A stretch of DNA of 64,000 nucleotides from Bacteroidales bacterium (GTDB lineage Bacteria > Bacteroidota > Bacteroidia > Bacteroidales > UBA932). The stretch is taken from contig JAFWRQ010000037.1 of NCBI GenBank assembly GCA_017519865.1, forward strand, positions 17,460-81,459. Direction: 5' to 3'. The notes under the pieces were generated by a model. That model worked only from the letters and a program-made list of their open reading frames with translations, had not been told where the DNA came from and did not search any database. The translations under genes and the position numbers were made by a program. Positions 56,170 through 64,000 of the stretch are shown in pieces; the first letter of the stretch is position 1, and every line of letters begins with the position of its first letter.

Positions 56170-57942
56170 ATGGCAGAATTTTTAAACGCATCAGTTGCTC
56201 CCGAGAATTTCGATTGGGATGCTTTCGAGGGCAGTTCCTCCGTCTATGGCGGTGAGGAGAAAGAGAAGATCCGCGAGGCTTATGACCAGACCCTTTCCAA
56301 GGTCGTCGAGAACGAGGTTGTCGAAGGCGAAGTGACCGCCATCGGCAAGCGCGAGGTCATCGTGACCATCGGCGGAAAGAGCGAGGGTGTCATCTCCGCT
56401 CCCGAGTTCCGTTACAACCCCGACCTCAAGGTCGGTGACAAGGTCGAGGTCTATGTCGAGTCCGCCGAGGACCGCAAGGGCCAGCTCGTCCTCTCCCACA
56501 AGAAAGCACGCGCACTCAAGTCTTGGGACAGAGTCAACGAAGCTTACAACAATAACGAGATCGTCAAAGGTTTCGTCAAGACCCGCACCAAGGGCGGCAT
56601 GATCGTCGACGTGTTCGGCATCGAGGCCTTCCTCCCGGGTTCCCAGATCGACATCAAGCCCATCCGTGACTATGATGCCTACGTAAACCAGACCATCGAT
56701 TTCAAGATCGTCAAGATCAACCAGGAGTTCCGCAACGTCGTCGTCTCCCACAAGGCCCTTCTCGAGGCCGAGCAGGAGCAGAAGAGGGCCGAGCTCATCT
56801 CCAAGCTGGAGAAGGGCCAGGTGCTCGAGGGTACCGTCAAGAACATCACCAATTACGGTGTGTTCGTGGACCTCGGCGGTGTCGACGGTCTCATCCACAT
56901 CACCGACCTCTCCTGGGGTCGCGTCAACCATCCCGAGGAGTTCGTTCAGCTCGGCGAGAAGATCAAGGTCGTCGTCCTCGACTTCAACGAGCAGCAGAAG
57001 CGCATCGCCCTCGGTTACAAGCAGCTTACTCCCCATCCTTGGGACGCTCTCGACGAGAATCTCAAGGTCGGTGACAAGGTCAAGGGCAAGGTCATCCTCA
57101 TCGCCGACTACGGCGCATTCGTGGAGCTTGTCCCCGGTGTCGAGGGCCTCATCCACGTTTCCGAGATGAGCTGGTCCCCGAGACTGCACTCCGCCCAGGA
57201 GTTCCTGAAGGTCGGCGACGAGGTCGAGGCTCAGATCCTCACCATCGACCGCGAGAACAGGAAGATGTCCCTCGGTCTGAAGCAGCTCACCGTCAACCCT
57301 TGGGAGAACATCCGTGCCAAGTATCCGGTCGGTTCGCAGCACAAGGCCGTCGTCCGCAACATCACCAACTTCGGCGTCTTCGCCGAGCTCGAGGATGGTG
57401 TAGAGGGCCTCGTCCACATCAGCGACCTCTCCTGGAACAAGATCAAGCACCCGTCCGAGATGGTTGCCAGCGGTGACACCATCGACGTCCAGATCCTTGA
57501 CTTCGACGAGGCCAACCGCAAGCTCAGCCTCGGTCACAAGCAGCTCCTTCCCAACCCTTGGGATGAGGTCGAGGCCAAGTATCCCGTCGGCTCCACCGTC
57601 GAGGGTACCATCGCCGCCGTCACCGACAAGGGCGCAACCATCACCCTTGACGGAGAGGCTGAAGGCTTCGCTTTCAACCGCGAGATCCTCAAGGAGGACG
57701 GCAAGCCCGCCACCGTCGGCGAGACCCTTCCTTTCCGCGTCGTCGAGCTTCGCCGCTCCACCCGCCGTATCCTCCTCTCGCACGTGAGGACTTACGCCGA
57801 GGCCAAGGAGAAGGCTGTTGCCGCCGAGGTTGACAACACCAAGAAGGTCGTTAAGAAGATCAATTCTTCCGTCGAGCGCACCACCCTCGGTGACATCGAC
57901 GCCCTCGCCGCTCTCAAGGAGAAACTCGAGAAAGGTGAGTAA
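56170..57942 (+). CDS. rpsA: 30S ribosomal protein S1
   Basis: Six S1 repeats (AFLPGSQID, DGLIHITDLSW, EGLIHVSEMSW, EGLVHISDLSW); TACCTTTG at 56071-56078. Confidence 0.96.
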   Translation: MAEFLNASVAPENFDWDAFEGSSSVYGGEEKEKIREAYDQTLSKVVENEVVEGEVTAIGKREVIVTIGGKSEGVISAPEFRYNPDLKVGDKVEVYVESAEDRKGQLVLSHKKARALKSWDRVNEAYNNNEIVKGFVKTRTKGGMIVDVFGIEAFLPGSQIDIKPIRDYDAYVNQTIDFKIVKINQEFRNVVVSHKALLEAEQEQKRAELISKLEKGQVLEGTVKNITNYGVFVDLGGVDGLIHITDLSWGRVNHPEEFVQLGEKIKVVVLDFNEQQKRIALGYKQLTPHPWDALDENLKVGDKVKGKVILIADYGAFVELVPGVEGLIHVSEMSWSPRLHSAQEFLKVGDEVEAQILTIDRENRKMSLGLKQLTVNPWENIRAKYPVGSQHKAVVRNITNFGVFAELEDGVEGLVHISDLSWNKIKHPSEMVASGDTIDVQILDFDEANRKLSLGHKQLLPNPWDEVEAKYPVGSTVEGTIAAVTDKGATITLDGEAEGFAFNREILKEDGKPATVGETLPFRVVELRRSTRRILLSHVRTYAEAKEKAVAAEVDNTKKVVKKINSSVERTTLGDIDALAALKEKLEKGE

Positions 57943-57944
57943 GG

Positions 57945-58871
57945 ATGGACTTCACGCTTAAGGTTATGGGCTCGGCCTCGGCCAAGCCCGTTCCCGAAAG
58001 ATTCCAGAGCGCCCAAGTACTTTCAGTACGGGGGCGCTCCTTTTTAATCGACTGCGGCGAAGGCGTGCAGACCCGCCTGCAGCAGTTCGGGGTATCGCCC
58101 CTGAAGATCGACTCGATCTTCATTTCGCATATCCACGGAGACCACGTCTTCGGCATCTTCGGTCTGCTCTCCACCATGGGTATGCTCACGCGTCCCACTC
58201 CGCTCAATATCTACGCTCCGGTCTCCTTCGGACCGATCCTCAAATTCTTCCTCTCTTATTACGGGGAGGGAGTAGGCTTCGAAATACGTCACATCCCCCT
58301 CAGGATGAAGGAACTTGAAGTGGTCTACGACACTAAGTCCTTCGAGGTGCTGGCCTTCCCGCTCAATCACGGGATAGAGACTTTCGGATTCCTGTTCAGG
58401 GAGAAGAAACCCCAGCTCAACGTCTGGAAGCACATGCTGTCGCGCTATGAATTTACCCTGACAGAGATAGGTACGCTCAAGCGCGGCGAGGATGTCGTGC
58501 GCGATGACGAAGTCATCCGCTGCGCCGACGCGGCCTACGAGCCGTGGGAGCCGCGCAGTTTCGCCTACTGCTCCGACACGGCTCCGTTCCCGGAACTTGC
58601 GGGCTGGGTAGCAGGCGTGGACCTGCTGTACCACGAAACCACCTATCTGGCGGAGCACGCCGAGCTGGCCGCAAAGCGGCATCACTCGACGACGCTCCAG
58701 GCGGCGCAGTGTGCTCTCGACGCCGGTGCAAAACGCCTGGTCATCGGGCACTACACGTCGCGCGTGCGCGACATCTCCCTCTTCGAGGCCGAGTGCCGCA
58801 CCGTCTTCCCGGAGACCTATGCCGCCTCCGACGGCTCCGTCTTCGACATACCTCTGGTCAAGAAAGACTAA
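57945..58871 (+). CDS. rnz: Ribonuclease Z/BN
   Basis: LIDCGEG.Q, SHIHGDH, AYCSDT, LYHETT, HSTT..A, GHYTSR. Confidence 0.9.
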   Translation: MDFTLKVMGSASAKPVPERFQSAQVLSVRGRSFLIDCGEGVQTRLQQFGVSPLKIDSIFISHIHGDHVFGIFGLLSTMGMLTRPTPLNIYAPVSFGPILKFFLSYYGEGVGFEIRHIPLRMKELEVVYDTKSFEVLAFPLNHGIETFGFLFREKKPQLNVWKHMLSRYEFTLTEIGTLKRGEDVVRDDEVIRCADAAYEPWEPRSFAYCSDTAPFPELAGWVAGVDLLYHETTYLAEHAELAAKRHHSTTLQAAQCALDAGAKRLVIGHYTSRVRDISLFEAECRTVFPETYAASDGSVFDIPLVKKD

Positions 58872-58903
58872 AAAAGAGGTGGCCGTAAAGGTCACCTCTT
58901 TTT
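58870..58903. terminator. Bidirectional terminator between rnz and the carboxylesterase gene
   Basis: aaaaagaggtggcc-gtaaa-ggtcacctcttttt. Confidence 0.82.
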
Positions 58904-58914
58904 CGTGTTATTGG

Positions 58915-60459
58915 CTAGTAGCCGAGCTCGGTGACGGGCTGTCCCATACCGGAAGCCTCGTTGTTGTCCTTGTCGAGCTTGAAGACCATGAAGTTGTTGT
59001 TCTCCTTGGTGCAGGGAGTCCATTCGCCGCCGTCGGGGCCGTTGGGGTCGCCGTACTTTGCGAAGTTGGTCCATGCGGTCAGCATCTTCTCGGAGAGATC
59101 CCAGTCACCCTTGGTCCAGGGACGCCAGCCGTGCTGCAACGACTTGAAGACGTACCAGAGGTCGGAGGAATGGAAAGCGCCTTTCAGGCGTACGGTGACC
59201 TCGGGGTGGGAACCGTCATCCGGGAGGGGACGGGCGAACTCGTAGGCCCAGGCCTTATTGCCCTTCTCCTGGCGGTTGACGCAGAAGGCCTCGATGCCGG
59301 CGGCCATATTGCCCATATCATTCATCGTGTAGCCGATCATATAAGGGACATCGGCGAGCGTGCCGTCAAGGGCGGCTTCGTCGAAGCTCTCGCGGGATAC
59401 ATATCCGTCCACGAGAGGGGTGCCGCTGAGGCTTTCACGGTTGCCGGTAGCGGAAGCGTAAATTGTGCCGATGGCATGGATCGTCTCGGTCTCGGCCCTG
59501 CGCATCTTCTCGAGGGTATTGTAGCCGCCCCAGTCGAGAACCACCTTGCTGTTGAACTCGGCACGCTGGAGGGCGTTCAAGCCTTCGGGCATTGCCGGGG
59601 CCTTATACGGAGCGAGTTTGGGCTCGGCCTGGCCTGCTCCAAAGAAACCGGGGAAGCCGCTCATGGACATGCGGGGACCTGCTCCGGCGGCGTTGGGGAC
59701 GGTGAGGCCGCCGGCACTCATGATGATGGCCTTGTTGAAGAGTCCGCGTGCAAGCGGGGACTCGCAGAGGGTGCGGACGGCACCGCCGCCGGCGCTCTGT
59801 CCGAAGATCATCACGTTATCGGGGTCGCCGCCGAACTGGGCGATGTTGTTCTTGATCCACTTCAGCCCCTGGATCATATCGAGGATGCCGTAGTTTCCGG
59901 AGACTCCGTTGGGGCTCTCTGCGGAGAGAAGGGGATGGGCCATGAAGCCGAAGACGCCGAGACGGTAGTTGATGGAGACGATGACTACGTCCTTGCCGGC
60001 CCATTCCTGGGCGTCGAACTCGGGTTCGGAACTGAAGCCTTCACGGTAACCGCCGCCGTGGATCCAAAGGGCTACAGGGAGTTTGGCCGCGGTGTCACCG
60101 GGTTTCTTGGTCCAGACGTTGGCGTAGAGGCAGTCCTCGCTGAACGGAGCCTCGTCGCCGTATCCCCACTCGGTGTAGTAGCCGCCCTTGTACTGGATGT
60201 GCTGGTAGCTGGGGTTGGCGAAGCGGTCTGCAAGATATACCCCGGACCAGGGCTGTACCGGCTGGGGAGCCTTCCAACGGTTATCGTTGATGGGCGGAGC
60301 GGCATAAGGGATACCGCGGAATACGAACACGTCCTTGACATTGTCGGCCAGGACACCCTGGACCTGACCGCCCTCGATGGTGAGGACAGGACTCTTGGTT
60401 TCTTTCGCCGTGCATCCGAACAGGACGAGCGCGGACAATAAGATCAATACTTTTTTCAT
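58915..60459 (-). CDS. Type-B carboxylesterase lipoprotein
   Basis: Lipobox LFGC; GIPYAAPP, SEDCLY, WIHGGG, NYRLG, FGQSAG, GAFHSSD; TATCTTTG on minus at 60495-60502. Confidence 0.9.
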   Translation of the reverse strand: MKKVLILLSALVLFGCTAKETKSPVLTIEGGQVQGVLADNVKDVFVFRGIPYAAPPINDNRWKAPQPVQPWSGVYLADRFANPSYQHIQYKGGYYTEWGYGDEAPFSEDCLYANVWTKKPGDTAAKLPVALWIHGGGYREGFSSEPEFDAQEWAGKDVVIVSINYRLGVFGFMAHPLLSAESPNGVSGNYGILDMIQGLKWIKNNIAQFGGDPDNVMIFGQSAGGGAVRTLCESPLARGLFNKAIIMSAGGLTVPNAAGAGPRMSMSGFPGFFGAGQAEPKLAPYKAPAMPEGLNALQRAEFNSKVVLDWGGYNTLEKMRRAETETIHAIGTIYASATGNRESLSGTPLVDGYVSRESFDEAALDGTLADVPYMIGYTMNDMGNMAAGIEAFCVNRQEKGNKAWAYEFARPLPDDGSHPEVTVRLKGAFHSSDLWYVFKSLQHGWRPWTKGDWDLSEKMLTAWTNFAKYGDPNGPDGGEWTPCTKENNNFMVFKLDKDNNEASGMGQPVTELGY

Positions 60460-60589
60460 GATGAGGCTTATTATGGTTTCAGTTTTATCTTTATCAAAGA
60501 TAACCTTTATATTTCTCGAAGGAAACAGCGTCTGCCACATTGCTCCAATATCGAAATAAAATGAAGAATTATTGCTATCTTAGCGGTCG

Positions 60590-61735
60590 ATGAAACGACA
60601 AGCATTCCTTCTCTGTATGGCTGCGGCGCTGATCCTGTCGGTGTCTGCGGCTGATACGCCCCAGCAGACATATATCGACAGGTGGGCGGCCACGGCCGTC
60701 CGGGAGATGTACCGCAGCGGAGTCCCCGCCAGCATCACGCTGGCCCAGGGCATCCTCGAGTCGCGTTCAGGTCTCTCCGCACTCGCCGCCGAGGGTAACA
60801 ACCACTTTGGCATCAAGTGCCACAAAGACTGGAAAGGGAAGACTATGCGCGTCGATGATGACCGCAAAGGAGAATGCTTCAGGGTTTATGGCAGTGCGGA
60901 GGAGTCCTTCCGCGACCATTCCGATTTCCTGCGTTACTGGGACCGCTACAAGTTCCTGTTTGACTTCGATACAAAGGATTATGAATCATGGGCTTACGGC
61001 CTCAAGAAGGCAGGGTACGCCACCGACCCTTCCTATCCTGAGAAGCTCATCAAGATAATTGAGGATTACGACCTTTCGCGCTTCGACTCCATGACTCAGG
61101 CGCAGGCCGGCCGCGCTTCTTCGCGCTCCGGCGCTTCCGCCGGGCAGGCGAAGAAGTCCGAGACGCCGGCCGCCTCGCAGAAGCCTTCCAAAGGCTCTTC
61201 CGCTAAGGCGTCCAGGGCCTCCAGGGCCGAGGACCGCGCTGCGGCCAGGGCGGCCCGCCGTCAGGCCCGCCGCGAGCGCCTCGCCGCCGAGGAGGTTATT
61301 CCGGACGAGATTCCCGAGTCCCCGAATTCGATAGAGCAGGCAGTTCCGGTATCGGCTGCTGCCGCCGAAGTGTTCCACTTCAGCCTGACGCGTCCCGTGT
61401 ATACCCGCAACGGCGTCCCCTTCATCTATTCCATCGAGGGCGAGACCTATTCAAGCATTGCCTCATCTTACAATCTCTTCCCTAAGGAGATCCTCAAGAT
61501 CAATGACTTGAGTTCCGAGACCCGCCTCCTTCCCGGAACGGTAGTGTACCTGCAGCAGAAGAAGAACCAGGCGGAAAAGGGCCTTGACAAGTATATAGTC
61601 GAAGAGGACGGAGAGAGCCTGCGCGACATCTGCCAGCGCTTCGCGGTGCGGATGTCCGCCGTCAACAAACTCAACGGTTTCACCGCCGGCCATACCCTCC
61701 GTGAGGGTGACACCATCATACTGAGAAAACCCTAG
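60590..61735 (+). CDS. GH73 glucosaminidase with LysM domains
   Basis: PASITLAQGILES, NNHFGIK, CFRVY, GYATDPSY; two C-terminal LysM-like repeats. Confidence 0.9.
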   Translation: MKRQAFLLCMAAALILSVSAADTPQQTYIDRWAATAVREMYRSGVPASITLAQGILESRSGLSALAAEGNNHFGIKCHKDWKGKTMRVDDDRKGECFRVYGSAEESFRDHSDFLRYWDRYKFLFDFDTKDYESWAYGLKKAGYATDPSYPEKLIKIIEDYDLSRFDSMTQAQAGRASSRSGASAGQAKKSETPAASQKPSKGSSAKASRASRAEDRAAARAARRQARRERLAAEEVIPDEIPESPNSIEQAVPVSAAAAEVFHFSLTRPVYTRNGVPFIYSIEGETYSSIASSYNLFPKEILKINDLSSETRLLPGTVVYLQQKKNQAEKGLDKYIVEEDGESLRDICQRFAVRMSAVNKLNGFTAGHTLREGDTIILRKP

Positions 61736-61738
61736 GAG

Positions 61739-62767
61739 ATGAAGAATATCCTGAAAATAGTGCTGGCTGTCGGCGCAGCCCTTGCCGTCGTGGCGGGTGT
61801 GCTGGCCTGGCGCTGGTATAACGACAACAAGAGGCCCAATTTCAGGCACGAGGCAGTCATATACGTCTATCCCGGCGACGATGCCGGCGAGGTCATGAAA
61901 ACCATTGCCGACTCGGCAGGCGTCCTGCGGATGTCCAGCCTGGTCCGCGCTTTCGAAGACAAGAAGGTGTCCGAATACATCCAGCCCGGACGATATGTCG
62001 TCAAGCCTTCATCCTCAAGCGTTTACGTGGCTCGTATGCTGAACAACGGATGGCAGTCGCCCACGCGGCTCGTGCTCTCCGGCACGATGCGCCGCAAAGG
62101 CGACATAGCCCGCAAGATAGCTAACCAGATGATGGTGGACAGCGCCGAAGTCGCCGCCGCACTCAATGACGACGCCCTCCTTTCGGAGTTCGGTTTCAAC
62201 TCCGTCAACGTCTTCTCGCTTTTCATCCCCGACACTTACGAGATGTACTGGACAGCCTCCGTCAGGGACATCCTGCAGAAGCAGAAAGATGCTTACGACG
62301 CCTTCTGGACCCCGGAGAATGTGGCCAAGGCCCAGAAACTTGGCCTGACCAAGGAGCAGGTCAGTATCCTTGCATCCATCGTCAAGGGTGAAACCAACTA
62401 CGAGCCCGAGATGCCGGCCGTAGCAGGCGTATATCTGAACCGCCTGCGTATAGGCATGCTCCTTCAGGCCGATCCCACCGTAGCCTATTGCTTCGATTAT
62501 GAGCCGAACCGCATCCTTCTGCGCCATCTGCAGGTCGATTCGCCTTACAATACCTACAAGTACGCCGGCCTTCCTCCTGGCCCTATCGCCGTGCCGACTA
62601 AGGCCTGCTTGAACGCAGTCCTCAATCCGGATCCGCACAACTACATCTATTTCTGTGCAAATGCCGACTTCAGCGGCACGCACGCATTCGCTTCGACCCT
62701 TGCTGAGCACATGCGCAACGCCCGCGCTTTCCAGGCCGAGCTCAACCGCCGCAACGCCTCACGCTAG
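61739..62767 (+). CDS. mltG: Endolytic transglycosylase MltG
   Basis: N-terminal TM, FIPDTY, LASIV.GE, VAGVYLNRL..GM.LQADPT, SPYNTY, GLPPGPI. Confidence 0.92.
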   Translation: MKNILKIVLAVGAALAVVAGVLAWRWYNDNKRPNFRHEAVIYVYPGDDAGEVMKTIADSAGVLRMSSLVRAFEDKKVSEYIQPGRYVVKPSSSSVYVARMLNNGWQSPTRLVLSGTMRRKGDIARKIANQMMVDSAEVAAALNDDALLSEFGFNSVNVFSLFIPDTYEMYWTASVRDILQKQKDAYDAFWTPENVAKAQKLGLTKEQVSILASIVKGETNYEPEMPAVAGVYLNRLRIGMLLQADPTVAYCFDYEPNRILLRHLQVDSPYNTYKYAGLPPGPIAVPTKACLNAVLNPDPHNYIYFCANADFSGTHAFASTLAEHMRNARAFQAELNRRNASR

Positions 62768-64000
62768 ACGCGCTTGACCTTGATTACGTGCTTGAGGGCG
62801 GAGATCTGTGAGATGACCTTGTCGAGCTCCATGTTGGAGGGGACGAGGATGCGGACGGAGATGTCGTAGCAACCGTTGCGATGGTCTTCGTTGACGTTGA
62901 AACTGCGTATCGAAGCCTTGAAGTTACCCACAACCTCCATGATCTTGGACATAACGGAGAAGTCCATGTCCGCCAGTATCTTGAGCGTGCACAGGAAGTC
63001 TCCCGAACTCGGGGTCTCCGACCAGATGACGCGCTGTATGCGGTAGGGGTAACGGTCCAGCAGGCGTGCAGCGTTCGGGCAGGTGATCCTGTGGATCTTG
63101 ATGCCCTCGCCGCGTGTGACGAAGCCGAAGACGTCGTCGCCGTAGACGGGGTTGCAGCAGCGGGCCATCCTGTAGTCCAGGCCTTTGACATCCTTGGCAT
63201 TGAGTACCAGGATGTCATCCGATGATTTGTTGCCTTTCCAGTCCTTGACGGTCAACTCATCCGGTTTGACCTGGGCGTCCTCCGGTGTCGTATTCTGCGC
63301 TACGATGAAGGCCTTGATGTCGTTGATGTCGACCGTACCTTCGCCGATGGCTCCCAGGAAGGAGTTGATGCTGGAGAACTTGTGTTTCTTCATCAACTCG
63401 CGCATCATGGAGTCCGGCAGCTCGAGTTTCCAGTTCTTGAGCCGGCGCTCCAGCAGTTCGCGTCCTTCGGCGGCTTTCTTGAACTCCGCTTCCTTCAGCT
63501 CGTGCTTGATGCGGCTCTTGGCCTTGGAAGTGACGACCCAGTTGAGCCAGTCCTGGGTCGGGCGCTGGTTCTTGCCGGTCATAATCTCCACGACGTCGCC
63601 GGTGCGGAGTTTCTCCTTGATGGACACGGCCTTGCCGTTGACGCGGGCGCCTGTGCAGCGTGATCCTATGCCGCTATGGATGTTGAAGGCGAAGTCCAGG
63701 ACCGAAGACCCGGCCGTGAGCTTGCGGAGCTCTCCGGAAGGGGTGAAGACGAATATCTCCTTGGAAGGCGGGACGGGAAGGTCGTCTTCGCCCTCGTAGT
63801 CCGGAGGCGAGAGGGTCTCAGTCGAGCCGTGCTCCAGCGAGCTGCGAACGGCGTTCAGCCACGCATCCAGCGCCGCTTCCTGCTTGATGCCCTTGTAGGA
63901 CCAGTGCGAGGCCAGGCCTTTCTCGGCCATCTCGTCCATGCGCTTGGTCCGGATCTGCACCTCGAGGCAGGCGCCTTCAGCATTCTTGACGGTGATGTGC
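62764..64000 (-). CDS. relA: RelA/SpoT (p)ppGpp synthetase/hydrolase, 3' part (partial)
   Basis: EVQIRT..M...AE.G.ASHWSYK, TGS domain (VFTPSG, DFAFNIHS), ARCCNP zinc finger, C-terminal ACT domain; runs off the window end. Confidence 0.9.
   Translation of the reverse strand, partial: HITVKNAEGACLEVQIRTKRMDEMAEKGLASHWSYKGIKQEAALDAWLNAVRSSLEHGSTETLSPPDYEGEDDLPVPPSKEIFVFTPSGELRKLTAGSSVLDFAFNIHSGIGSRCTGARVNGKAVSIKEKLRTGDVVEIMTGKNQRPTQDWLNWVVTSKAKSRIKHELKEAEFKKAAEGRELLERRLKNWKLELPDSMMRELMKKHKFSSINSFLGAIGEGTVDINDIKAFIVAQNTTPEDAQVKPDELTVKDWKGNKSSDDILVLNAKDVKGLDYRMARCCNPVYGDDVFGFVTRGEGIKIHRITCPNAARLLDRYPYRIQRVIWSETPSSGDFLCTLKILADMDFSVMSKIMEVVGNFKASIRSFNVNEDHRNGCYDISVRILVPSNMELDKVISQISALKHVIKVKRV

Overview
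A GC-rich, densely coding, mostly housekeeping window from a Bacteroidales-type chromosome. The lineage is inferred from recurrent TAnnTTTG -7 promoter elements, an argF'-type arginine operon and the clpC/gyrA/TPR arrangement; a gut or rumen fibre-degrader is suggested by the GH67 and esterase genes. I saw no rRNA, tRNA, CRISPR array, integrase or transposase. The best candidate for an undescribed system is a three-gene operon at 16949-24341. It encodes a catalytically dead LeuA-like protein that keeps its leucine-sensing domain, a TIM-barrel/acyl-CoA ligase fusion, and a 2-oxoacid:ferredoxin oxidoreductase with an altered substrate pocket. Together they plausibly form a regulated branched-chain fatty acid reductive-carboxylation module (inference). 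Other oddities: a CopA-like P1B-ATPase lacking its whole nucleotide-binding domain; nadD with no start codon, in frame directly behind the gmk TGA; a corA leader whose hairpin loop is complementary to the start codon; an in-frame palindromic insertion in recR just upstream of mntP; a dead M28 peptidase-TonB fusion; a ClpC without its M-domain; and an unannotated 41-aa ORF. All calls come from motif recognition by eye; no searches were run.
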